Under the pieces are notes generated by a model. That model was not told the DNA's origin. It made no database searches and saw nothing but the letters and a program-made list of their open reading frames with translations. 64,000 bases of DNA from an uncultured Pirellulales bacterium (GTDB taxonomy: Bacteria > Planctomycetota > Phycisphaerae > Sedimentisphaerales > SM23-30), in the NCBI GenBank assembly GCA_964482555.1, contig CAYZXY010000010.1:2135-66134 (forward strand). The letters run 5' to 3'. Below, in pieces: positions 45,866-54,236 of the stretch; positions within the stretch are counted from its first letter, which is position 1, and the number at the start of each line of letters is the position of its first letter. Made by a program: the position numbers and the translations under genes.

Positions 45866-45969
45866 TATACCCAAAGGGTTAAAAAGTTTCCGGCAGGGCC
45901 GGATGTAAGCATTATATTTGCAGATAATTACGTTCCTAAAAACGGGTAATTTGAATCGGAGCGAGACAA
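45866..45969 (+). repeat. R105 interspersed repeat, subtype A variant
   Basis: TATACCCAAAGGGTTAAAAAGTTTCCGGCAGGGCCGGATGTAAGCATTATATTTGCAGATAATTACGTTCCTAAAAACGGGTAATTTGAATCGGAGCGAGACAA. Confidence 0.88.
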
Positions 45970-46008
45970 TGAACCTGTAAACGGGATCAAAGAAACCAGG
46001 AAAATTAC

Positions 46009-46392
46009 ATGGCAAAAAAAGGAACCAAAAAACGAGTAAGACGGCACGTTGGCAAAGGCATCGTTCACATTAAAGCGTCATTTAATAATACGCTTGTCAC
46101 GATTACGGATGTGAATGGTGATACCCTGTGCTGGGATTCGGCAGGGACCATCGGCTTCAAAGGCTCTCGAAAAAGCACCCCTTTCGCCGCCCAGCAGGCA
46201 GCGGAAAAATGCGCTAATCTCGCCAAGAAATATGGCGTTACGGAGTTGGAAGTGAGAGTGAAAGGTGCCGGTTCGGGTCGCGAATCCGCAATTACCGCCT
46301 TGCAGTCTGCCGGGATCCGGATATCCTCCATTGAGGATGTGACGCCGCTGCCCCATAACGGGTGCCGTCCGTGTAAGAAACGCCGTGTTTAA
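46009..46392 (+). CDS. rpsK: 30S ribosomal protein S11
   Basis: [44 protein letters not shown] matches S11. Confidence 0.97.
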   Translation: MAKKGTKKRVRRHVGKGIVHIKASFNNTLVTITDVNGDTLCWDSAGTIGFKGSRKSTPFAAQQAAEKCANLAKKYGVTELEVRVKGAGSGRESAITALQSAGIRISSIEDVTPLPHNGCRPCKKRRV

Positions 46393-46448
46393 TATAAGAA
46401 GTTTGATTAGATAATTGACGTTTTATGATATAAGGAATCGTACAGCTT

Positions 46449-47081
46449 ATGGCTAGAGATATAGGTGCAGTATGCCGGATGTGTCGGCGTGAAGGCATGA
46501 AATTGTTTTTGAAAGGGATGCGCTGTGAGACCGCCAAGTGTCCTATTGAAAAACAAAACCGGAACAAACCACCGGGAATGCATTCCTGGCGTCGAGGTCG
46601 TCTGAGCGATTATGGCGTTCACTTGCGGGAAAAGCAAAAGGTCAAGCGTTATTACGGCGTTTTAGAAAAGCATTTTCAGATCTGTTTTGAAGAAGCGGAA
46701 CGTATCCGCGGCAATACCGGAGAAGCCTTACTGGTGCTGCTGGAACGTCGTCTGGATAATGTCGTCTTCAAGATGAACTGGGCCGGGTCGCGTCGGCTGG
46801 CTCGTCAGTTGGTAGCTCACGGACATATATATGTGAACGGTCACAAACTGGATGTACCCAGTTATATGGTCAAACAGGGCGACAAGATTGCTTTGAAGCC
46901 ATCGGAAAAGACCCTGAAGATGGTCAAGCACGAGATCGAAACTGATGGCGGTTCGCCGGTGCAGTCGTGGCTTCAGGTCAATCCATCGGTGCCGGAGGGA
47001 GTGGTGGTGGCCATGCCCTCTCGTGATGAAGTGCAGATCCCGGTTGAAGAACAATTAATTGTTGAGTTCTGTTCCCGCTAA
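46449..47081 (+). CDS. rpsD: 30S ribosomal protein S4 (Cys-rich N-terminus)
   Basis: CRMCRREGMKLFLKGMRCETAKCP plus an S4 RNA-binding domain (RLDNVVFKMNWAGSRRLARQLVAHGHIYVNG). Confidence 0.96.
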   Translation: MARDIGAVCRMCRREGMKLFLKGMRCETAKCPIEKQNRNKPPGMHSWRRGRLSDYGVHLREKQKVKRYYGVLEKHFQICFEEAERIRGNTGEALLVLLERRLDNVVFKMNWAGSRRLARQLVAHGHIYVNGHKLDVPSYMVKQGDKIALKPSEKTLKMVKHEIETDGGSPVQSWLQVNPSVPEGVVVAMPSRDEVQIPVEEQLIVEFCSR

Positions 47082-47288
47082 TCGATCCGGACAGGTTTGA
47101 CGCTCGAACAGGATCGTACGATTATTAACAAGAAATGAAAATGCCGGATTTCATAGCATGCCGGCATGAAGCTTGGACGGCTTCGCCCAACAGTAAGTTA
47201 CATTATCTTTACAGGCCTCATGTGGGAAGTTACCACAAGAGATGATAGTGGCTGATAGTGGCAAGCGAAGCTTGATGGAGGCCGAAAT

Positions 47289-48317
47289 ATGCGAATAAGG
47301 TGGCGTGGACTCGAGTTACCAACGACGATTGAACTGGATAAGAATGTTTCGACCCCGACATATGGACGACTGTATATTGAGCCATTTGAGCGTGGTTTCG
47401 GGACGACAGTAGGTAACAGCCTGCGGCGAATTCTGCTTTCTTCACTGGAAGGCAGCGCGGTTAATTACATTAAGATCAAAGGCGCGGATCATGAATTTGC
47501 GTCAATTCCGGGCATAGTGGAAGATGTCACGGAACTGGTCTTGAATGTGAAATCTCTGATTATCAGAATGGAGACGAGTGGTCCCAAGACATTACGAGTC
47601 GAGCGGCATGAAGCCGGGGTCGTTACCGCGGCGGATATTGCAACCGATGCGAATGTCAAGATTATCAATCCTGAGCAGGTCATCGCGACGCTGACGCAGG
47701 ATATTGATTTTGAGATGGAAATGAACGTGACGAAGGGTCGCGGCTATGTTTCCGTCCGCGACGCCCGGGTTCAGAGTCTTGAACACGGCGTCATCCCGAT
47801 CGACGCGATTTATTCTCCGGTCATGCGTGTCCGATATAAGACGGAAGAGACCCGGGTAGGACAGTATATCGATTACGATCGTCTGATTATGGATATCTGG
47901 ACGAACGGGACGATCGATCCGGAAATGGCTCTGGTGGAATCGGCGAAGATTTTGCGAAAGCACCTGACGCCGTTCATTACTTACTTTGAAATCGGTCAGG
48001 AGCAAACCGGTACCGTGCCGGAAATCGTGGAAGAAGAGGAATCGTACGTCGATGAAGAATTGCAGCGGAAGCTGGATATGCCGATTTCGGATCTGGAATT
48101 GTCCGTTCGGGCCAGCAACTGCCTGGAAATGGCGAAAATTGAAACCGTCGGACAACTGGCCTCAATGGATGAAAATGAGCTGCTGGCTTTGCGAAGTTTC
48201 GGTAAGACCAGTTTGCGCGAAGTAAAGCGAAAACTGGCGGACCTGGGAGTACCGATGGGTGGCGGCGGTTCGATCGATGATGATGACGAGGATGTTGAAG
48301 AAGGTGATGAAGAATAA
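47289..48317 (+). CDS. rpoA: DNA-directed RNA polymerase subunit alpha (acidic C-terminal tail)
   Basis: NTD (GTTVGNSLRRILLSSLEGSAV) and CTD (LELSVRASNCLEMAKIETVGQL), ending GGGGSIDDDDEDVEEGDEE. Confidence 0.97.
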   Translation: MRIRWRGLELPTTIELDKNVSTPTYGRLYIEPFERGFGTTVGNSLRRILLSSLEGSAVNYIKIKGADHEFASIPGIVEDVTELVLNVKSLIIRMETSGPKTLRVERHEAGVVTAADIATDANVKIINPEQVIATLTQDIDFEMEMNVTKGRGYVSVRDARVQSLEHGVIPIDAIYSPVMRVRYKTEETRVGQYIDYDRLIMDIWTNGTIDPEMALVESAKILRKHLTPFITYFEIGQEQTGTVPEIVEEEESYVDEELQRKLDMPISDLELSVRASNCLEMAKIETVGQLASMDENELLALRSFGKTSLREVKRKLADLGVPMGGGGSIDDDDEDVEEGDEE

Positions 48318-48344
48318 GAGTTTGTTGCGGGAACAAAAATGGCC

Positions 48345-48395
48345 GTTTCCGGCAGGACCGGTTTTGAGATATAGTTTTTATCAGGCGCATACAAC
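48345..48395 (+). repeat. Possible degenerate remnant of the R105-A central hairpin region
   Basis: GTTTCCGGCAGGACCGGTTTTGAG...TTTTTATCAGGCGCATA resembles GCTTCCGGCAGAACCGGG...CTTTTTATCCGCATATA. The hairpin CCGG-CAGGA-CCGG followed by TTTT could also serve as the rpoA terminator. Confidence 0.3.
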
Positions 48396-48456
48396 CCTGA
48401 AAATGATGAACCAGGATAAATAGAGCAGATATTGCCGATAGCTAAGGATTCGTGTT

Positions 48457-49104
48457 ATGAGACATCAAGTTGCAGGAAAACATCTGGGGCGTACCGCTTC
48501 GCATCGACTGACGCTGCGTCGTAATCTGGCGGCGTCTTTGTTTGAACATGGTACCATATCGACCACATTAGAAAAGGCCAAGTTTGTCCGGCCCTTTGCC
48601 GAGAAGTTGATTACTCTGGCCCGTGATGGCTCGCTGCATGCCCGTCGCCGGGCAATTTCTCTCTTGCAGGATCGAAATATCTGTACGGAAGAGAGCGGCG
48701 AAACGGTGAAAGTGACAACGGTCATAACGAAACTGTTTGAAGAAATTGGACCTCAGTTTGTGGACCGTAACGGCGGTTATACGCGTATTATTCGTCTGCC
48801 GCTGCGGCGGATCGGCGACAACGGCCAACTGGCGATGCTGCAGCTTGTTGGTGAGCTGGGTGGCGGCATCGAAGCAGAAATCCAGAAACCCGCGAAAAAG
48901 ACCGACGTGACGTCGTTTGCTGTAGATGCGGTTACTGACACGACGGAAGAAGACCATCAGGAAGCCGGAGCCGAACAGGCCCAAGCCGCGTCGCCGGAAA
49001 CCGGGGTTGAAGAAACCCCGGCGGAAGCCGAAGCTGAGATTGATGAAACCGCGGCTGAAGAAGAAAAGACCGATACCGAAGCTGAGGAAGAAAAGAAAGA
49101 ATAA
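48457..49104 (+). CDS. rplQ: 50S ribosomal protein L17 with ~95-aa acidic C-terminal extension
   Basis: MRHQVAGKHLGRTASHRLTLRRNLAASLFEHG.I.TT..KAK..RPFAEKLITLA, followed by an E/A/T-rich tail. Confidence 0.95.
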   Translation: MRHQVAGKHLGRTASHRLTLRRNLAASLFEHGTISTTLEKAKFVRPFAEKLITLARDGSLHARRRAISLLQDRNICTEESGETVKVTTVITKLFEEIGPQFVDRNGGYTRIIRLPLRRIGDNGQLAMLQLVGELGGGIEAEIQKPAKKTDVTSFAVDAVTDTTEEDHQEAGAEQAQAASPETGVEETPAEAEAEIDETAAEEEKTDTEAEEEKKE

Positions 49105-49121
49105 CTGTCCTGGAGGCTATC

Positions 49122-49541
49122 ATGACGGCATCCGATTGCATATTCTGCAAGATCATCAAAGGCGACATTCCCTGTGCCCGGATATATGAAGATGATGCCG
49201 TTCTGGCCTTTCTGGACATCAATCCCTGGAGTGAAGGGCATACCCTCATCATTCCCAAGGCCCATTACGCACTGCTGCACGAATGCCCGGCGGATGTTAT
49301 AGCCGGTGTGGCCGGGAAGTTCGGCCGCATAGCGGAAGCGGTCGTTAGTGCCATGGGAGCCGTGGGATACAACATCCTGAACAACAACGGCTCAGCCGCT
49401 GGTCAGGAAATAGAACATGTTCATTTCCATATTATTCCCCGCAAGCCCGGCGACCAGATTATCCGTCATGCCCCGCAGTTGCAATACCCCGAAGGCCGTA
49501 TAGAAGAACTGGCCGCCGAGATTCTGAACCACCTGACTTGA
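49122..49541 (+). CDS. HIT-family (histidine triad) nucleotide-binding protein
   Basis: CIFCKII.G.IP...YEDD and the triad HVHFHIIPR are present. Confidence 0.9.
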   Translation: MTASDCIFCKIIKGDIPCARIYEDDAVLAFLDINPWSEGHTLIIPKAHYALLHECPADVIAGVAGKFGRIAEAVVSAMGAVGYNILNNNGSAAGQEIEHVHFHIIPRKPGDQIIRHAPQLQYPEGRIEELAAEILNHLT

Positions 49542-49560
49542 CTCCATTAATGAAGTTTTA

Positions 49561-50460
49561 TTGCTTCGTATCCTTATGCGAACAGTGAAGAGAAGAATGC
49601 TGACGGTTTTAATCGTAATTGCATCGACTTATACGGTTCTGCTGGTGGCCGTGTTCTTCCTGCAGCGTCAGTTGCTTTTTTTTCCCGATGGTCGCCGCTT
49701 AACCGAGGCGGAGTTGGGGGCTGCGGGGCTGCGGTTCTGGCCGTCGGAAAATGATTTTCGGGGTTATACATCAGCGGTTTTGTCGCAGAATCTTAAAGGC
49801 GTCGTCATCGTCTTTCACGGCAATGCCGGCACGGCTTTCGATCGCTATCATTATATCGAATCACTGAAGCCTCTGGGCTATCAGGTTATTCTGGCGGAAT
49901 ATCCCGGGTATGGCGGTCGTGATGGAGAGCTTTCGGAGGGCAGTTTTACTGCTGATGCCCGGGAGAGCGTCAGGCTGGTGCGGGAACAGTTTTCGGGGCC
50001 GTTATATTTATGCGGGGAATCGCTGGGCTGCGGTGTAGCTGCCGCCACAGCGGCGACGGATGTTGAGGTGGACGGTATCATCCTGATTACGCCCTGGGAT
50101 ACTCTGTCGGCCCTGGCGCAAAAAAAGTTCTGGTATGTGCCTGCCCGGTATATTGTGCGTGATAAATTTAACAGCGTCAGTAATCTGATCTGCTTCGAGA
50201 AACCGGTTGCTCTTGCGATTGCGAGGCAGGATCAGACCATTCCACCGGCTCATGGGTTGCGATTGTATGAATCTTTGAACGGTCGTAAACATCTCTGGGA
50301 ATTTATCGATGCCGGTCATAACACCTGGCCGCAGAAAACAAATCCCCACTGGTGGCGTGAGATAATGAATTTCATTGCCGGCACTGAAGATCAGGGCGCG
50401 GATTACCATTTTCAGGGAGAGAGCGAATACTTGTCCGCAGAAAACGTGGCGGATGATTGA
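49561..50460 (+). CDS. Alpha/beta-fold hydrolase, membrane-anchored
   Basis: N-terminal TM segment (LTVLIVIASTYTVLLVAVFF), HGNAG oxyanion-like motif and nucleophile elbow GESLGCG. The start is uncertain (TTG 49561 or ATG 49576). Confidence 0.75.
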   Translation: MLRILMRTVKRRMLTVLIVIASTYTVLLVAVFFLQRQLLFFPDGRRLTEAELGAAGLRFWPSENDFRGYTSAVLSQNLKGVVIVFHGNAGTAFDRYHYIESLKPLGYQVILAEYPGYGGRDGELSEGSFTADARESVRLVREQFSGPLYLCGESLGCGVAAATAATDVEVDGIILITPWDTLSALAQKKFWYVPARYIVRDKFNSVSNLICFEKPVALAIARQDQTIPPAHGLRLYESLNGRKHLWEFIDAGHNTWPQKTNPHWWREIMNFIAGTEDQGADYHFQGESEYLSAENVADD

Positions 50461-51170
50461 TCGGTCAGATAGATATTGGAGGCGTATTCATTCAACCGGC
50501 GTTTCAAATCCCATAAGGACAGATGACGTCCGGGACAGGTGGTTGAATCCGCATCGCGATGGCCAACGATTTTGTCATTGGGAATTCCGTAGCGTTTCTG
50601 GAGAAAATAAACCAGCTTAATCAGAGACTGCCATTGGGCTTCAGAAGGGGGATAGCGTTCAAAATTACCCACCAGGCAGATGCCGATAGTGTGTTCATTC
50701 CAGTAGTTGTTGTCGTTGGGATTCACCCGGCAATGAGCCCCTTCCCGCTGATTGCGCCAGCGCCAGCCGACCTCAATTTCCCCATTACGTTTACTATGGC
50801 CGTTATTGCCGTTGTTGATCACGAAATGATAACCCAGTCCGTCCCAGCCTCTTTGTTTATGGGCGATATCGTAGGAGATGGCATCGCCGGAGTCGAGTGC
50901 GGAATGATGGATCATGATGCCTTCCCATTGGCGCTGTCGGCTCGCGGGAATCCATGAGGCGGGGTAGAAACTGAAATCCGTACGTTTGACCTGCCGGGCC
51001 GGCGGCGCGGTATTTATCTGGTGTGACCGCGACCACTGAACTTCCCGGACTGAAGGTGCCGGCAAGTTGTCTCCGGTATAAGTCTGGCACCCGTTGAGAA
51101 TAATGATAAAGAACAGAAAGCACGCTGTCAGGCCCTGCATCCATGCACGGCGAAAAGCAAGTTTACACAT
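50412..51170 (-). CDS. N-acetylmuramoyl-L-alanine amidase (amidase_2/PGRP fold) lipoprotein
   Basis: IMIHHSA...GWDGLGYHFVINNG...REGAHC...NEHTIGICLVGNF...IVGHRDADSTTCPG. A lipobox LNGC follows the M at 51170. The 3' end overlaps the convergent hydrolase gene. Confidence 0.85.
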   Translation of the reverse strand: MCKLAFRRAWMQGLTACFLFFIIILNGCQTYTGDNLPAPSVREVQWSRSHQINTAPPARQVKRTDFSFYPASWIPASRQRQWEGIMIHHSALDSGDAISYDIAHKQRGWDGLGYHFVINNGNNGHSKRNGEIEVGWRWRNQREGAHCRVNPNDNNYWNEHTIGICLVGNFERYPPSEAQWQSLIKLVYFLQKRYGIPNDKIVGHRDADSTTCPGRHLSLWDLKRRLNEYASNIYLTDQSSATFSADKYSLSP

Positions 51171-51183
51171 AATATTCTCTCGA

Positions 51184-51534
51184 CTAGTTGGATTTCCTCT
51201 TTTCCAAAGCGGAAGTGATATCGGGATATATATCAAAAATCTGGTCCAGTTGAGTTGTTTTCAGTACGCTGACGACTTCTTCCTGCGGATTCACCAGGGC
51301 CAGAAACCCGGCGTTTTCCTGGCAATGCCGCTGGGCGTGGATCAACGTTCCCAGTCCGATGCTGGAAATAAAGCTCAACTCGCTCAGATCAAGCACCCAT
51401 TTGCTCTTGCTGTCCTCCAGCAGCTTATCCATGGTCTGCCGCAGTTGAGCAATTTCGGCCATATCGGCGGCGCCGGAAAGGGTAATAATGACGGCATCGC
51501 CTTGCGTCGCAGTTGATATTTTTAAGTTATTCAT
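51184..51534 (-). CDS. STAS-domain anti-sigma-factor antagonist (SpoIIAA/RsbV-like)
   Basis: VIITLSGAADMAEIAQLRQTM...WVLDLSELSFISSIGLGTLI, with a conserved phosphorylatable Ser context. Confidence 0.88.
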   Translation of the reverse strand: MNNLKISTATQGDAVIITLSGAADMAEIAQLRQTMDKLLEDSKSKWVLDLSELSFISSIGLGTLIHAQRHCQENAGFLALVNPQEEVVSVLKTTQLDQIFDIYPDITSALEKRKSN

Positions 51535-52027
51535 GAGGATCCTCTTCGTTTTTGTGCTGTTTTAACTTGACCAGATGGACCACATTCCCGGTATCGTTGT
51601 ATTCAACCAGGTTCATATAAGCCCGCATCAGCATGATGCCTCGTCCGTTGGGATTTTCCAGATTTTCTTCGGATGTCGGATCGGGAACCCTAGTCGGATT
51701 AAATCCATGTCCCTCATCGGCAATATAAATATTTATCTCCTCGGGATTAACATAATATCGCACATTGATTTTTTTATCCGTATCTTTTTGATTGCCATGC
51801 TGAATCGCGTTGGTTAAGGCTTCTTCCAGACTCAAACGCAGGGCAAATAAATCTTCTTCGTGGTAGCCGCATTTTTTCGCCGCGACCAGAATTTTTTCTT
51901 CTATTTCCCGAGCCTGGGGAAATTCACTGGGAATTTCAACTTCGTAGTAGGTTTGTGCCGGCATGATATATCCAGGATAATAGGCAGAATTAAATGTATA
52001 TGAGATTCTCTGGGCGGACGCTTTCAT
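51527..52027 (-). CDS. Anti-sigma regulatory Ser/Thr kinase (RsbW/SpoIIAB-like HATPase)
   Basis: N box EEALTNAIQHGN and G boxes DEGHGFNP and NPNGRGIMLM. It overlaps the downstream STAS gene by 8 nt. Confidence 0.88.
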   Translation of the reverse strand: MKASAQRISYTFNSAYYPGYIMPAQTYYEVEIPSEFPQAREIEEKILVAAKKCGYHEEDLFALRLSLEEALTNAIQHGNQKDTDKKINVRYYVNPEEINIYIADEGHGFNPTRVPDPTSEENLENPNGRGIMLMRAYMNLVEYNDTGNVVHLVKLKQHKNEEDPHE

Positions 52028-52059
52028 GGATTCAGTTCAATTCCTTTCAGGCATCTTCA

Positions 52060-52161
52060 TATACTCGTTCCGATTGAAATTACCCGTTTTGTCCATACAT
52101 AATTCATTATACAAAAATACATATGTATGGCCCTGCCGGGCGGTTTTTTCCAGACAGGGTG
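52060..52161 (-). repeat. R105 interspersed repeat, subtype A (5' half diverged)
   Basis: The minus-strand reading is ...GAAAAAACCGCCCGGCAGGGCC...AATGAATTATGTATGGACAAAACGGGTAATTTCAATCGGAACGAGTATA. It ends 32 nt upstream of the kinase ATG. Confidence 0.8.
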
Positions 52162-52215
52162 CAGTCATTGCGAGGTTGGGAAGTCCTCATAGATTCCTAT
52201 CGCAACAAGCATAAC

Positions 52216-52572
52216 TTAAAAGCTGGCAATAGCTTCTTCTTTATCGTCATATATGTCAAACAGGCGATTGAGTTTGGTAATAACAAAAATGTCATAGAGT
52301 CCTTTACGCAATCCGCACAGTTTTAATGTGCCCTTGTTTTCTTCCACGCGTTTATTCAGGCGAATAAGGGTGCCCAAAGCGCTGGAACTCAAATGTTTTA
52401 CTTTTTTAAAACTCAGTAAAAGTTTTATAGATGCGTTTTCCTCAACCAGAGAAAAAAGCGATTCCGCGATATTATTAATCGTCATTTCTTCGAGTACTTC
52501 TTCATTTAATAGTTCGACGACGGTAATATTCCCTTCCCGGGTCACTTCGATGGAGGGACCATTATTGATCAT
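52216..52572 (-). CDS. Second STAS-domain anti-sigma-factor antagonist
   Basis: ITVVELLNEEVLEEMTINNIAESL...LLLSFKKVKHLSSSALGTLIRLNK matches the STAS fold. Confidence 0.85.
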   Translation of the reverse strand: MINNGPSIEVTREGNITVVELLNEEVLEEMTINNIAESLFSLVEENASIKLLLSFKKVKHLSSSALGTLIRLNKRVEENKGTLKLCGLRKGLYDIFVITKLNRLFDIYDDKEEAIASF

Positions 52573-52593
52573 AATTTTTGTCCTTTACGAAAC

Positions 52594-52700
52594 TATATAG
52601 ATAATCGGTTAAAAAGCTCCGGGCAGTGCCACGCCTAATCTATTTCAATTCATGTAATTATGGTTGGAGAAAACGGGCAAACTCAATCGGAAGCAGTATA
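52594..52700 (+). repeat. R105 interspersed repeat, subtype A variant (antisense to flanking genes)
   Basis: ...AATCGGTTAAAAAGCTCCGGGCAGTGCCACGCCTAATC...GTAATTATGGTTGGAGAAAACGGGCAAACTCAATCGGAAGCAGTATA. Confidence 0.82.
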
Positions 52701-52893
52701 ACAACAACTTGTGAACGTGCTGGCCGCTTTCGTGGGGAAATAAAAACACCCAACTTGCAAACACTGAATCAGAGAAAGTTTACCATCAGTCATGCTTTAT
52801 GCCCTTTGAGTTTAAAAGCTTATCCAGTTTATTCTATCGACATTTTTTCTGATAAACAAAACCTTTATTGCTGGCCTTTTAAAAACTTTTTGC

Positions 52894-52998
52894 TATGCGC
52901 AATTGGTTAGAAAGCTCCGGGCAGTGCCAGGCGTAAGCTTTTTAGACATAAATAATTACATTCCGGCAAAACGGGACATTTCCATCGGGACGCATATA
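52894..52998 (+). repeat. R105 interspersed repeat, subtype A (antisense to flanking genes)
   Basis: TATGCGCAATTGGTTAGAAAGCTCCGGGCAGTGCCAGGCGTAAGCTTTTTAGACATAAATAATTACATTCCGGCAAAACGGGACATTTCCATCGGGACGCATATA. Confidence 0.88.
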
Positions 52999-53141
52999 AC
53001 AAAAAATGCTGAAAACGCCTGGGCGCTGTATGCACAATCGTAAGCATTATAATCGGCAGTAGTGGAAAATATAATATATTTTTCGATTATGCGGGTTAGT
53101 TTTCATTTATATCAACAGAATGGTCGGCCCAGATATATGTG

Positions 53142-54134
53142 TCAGTTGTCAAAGGCTTCATCAAAAACGATATTTGAGGGGGCAAAATCAATGTCTTTGA
53201 CAAAATCGCACGCCTCCTGGGCGCCGTGCTCCCGCTCCATGCCGCAATCTTCCCATTCCACTGAGAGCGGGCCGGTATAGCCAATGTGATTCAACTGGCG
53301 GATAATCTCTTCGAAATCGACGCCGCCGTGGCCCAGGGAGCGGAAATCCCAGCCTCGCACTGGGTTACCGAAATTCAGATGGGAGGCAAGGATGCCATTG
53401 TAGCCGTCCAGCTGCAAGGCCGCGTCTTTCATGTGAACATGGTAAATTTTGTCGGCAAACTCTTTCAGGAAGCGGACCGGATCGATCATTTGCCAGTGGA
53501 GATGGCTGGGGTCGAAGTTGAAACCAAAGGCGTCGCGGTTATTGACCGCCATCAGGGCTCGATGGGCGGTGACGATATCGAAAGCGATTTCTGTGGGATG
53601 AACTTCCAGTGCGAAACGAACGCCGCATTCATCGAAGACGTCGAGAATCGGATTCCACATGTCAGCGAAGAAGGCAAAGCCATCTTCGATCATCTGGTCT
53701 GATACCGGCGGAAAGCTATACAGCAGATGCCAGATGGGCGAACCGGTAAAGCCGTTTACAACTTTCAGGCCGAGGTTTTTGGCCGCCCTGGCGGTGTGTA
53801 TCATGGCGTTGACGGCCCATTGCCGCTTTTTTTCCGGGTCGCCGTGAGTTTCCGGCGGGGCGAACCCGTCCGAACGGCAGTCATTGTTGGGATCGCAAAC
53901 AAGCTGGCCGGCCAGATGATTGCTGATGGCGAATAACTCCAGGCCGTTTTTATCGAGGATGGCCTTTTGTTTCTGGCAATACCCGGTATCTTCTGCCGCC
54001 TGAAAGACGTCCAGATGATCGCCCCAGCAGGCCAGTTCCAATCCATCATAACCCCACTCCGCGGCCTTCATGGCCAGCGTCTCAAGGGGTAAATCGGCCC
54101 ATTGTCCGGAGAAAAGCGTTACGGGTCTTGCCAT
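53142..54134 (-). CDS. Sugar phosphate isomerase/epimerase (xylose-isomerase-like TIM barrel)
   Basis: The 330-aa ORF has [17 protein letters not shown] and [10 protein letters not shown], typical of this fold, and pairs with the adjacent Gfo/Idh/MocA gene. Confidence 0.8.
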   Translation of the reverse strand: MARPVTLFSGQWADLPLETLAMKAAEWGYDGLELACWGDHLDVFQAAEDTGYCQKQKAILDKNGLELFAISNHLAGQLVCDPNNDCRSDGFAPPETHGDPEKKRQWAVNAMIHTARAAKNLGLKVVNGFTGSPIWHLLYSFPPVSDQMIEDGFAFFADMWNPILDVFDECGVRFALEVHPTEIAFDIVTAHRALMAVNNRDAFGFNFDPSHLHWQMIDPVRFLKEFADKIYHVHMKDAALQLDGYNGILASHLNFGNPVRGWDFRSLGHGGVDFEEIIRQLNHIGYTGPLSVEWEDCGMEREHGAQEACDFVKDIDFAPSNIVFDEAFDN

Positions 54135-54236
54135 GGGATTATCTCCTTCTTCCAGATTTTTATGATATATTTCTTTACTGTTTGGTATAAGTTTTTATGT
54201 CATAAGAGACGAACTTCTGATTCCTGGCTCCTGAAT

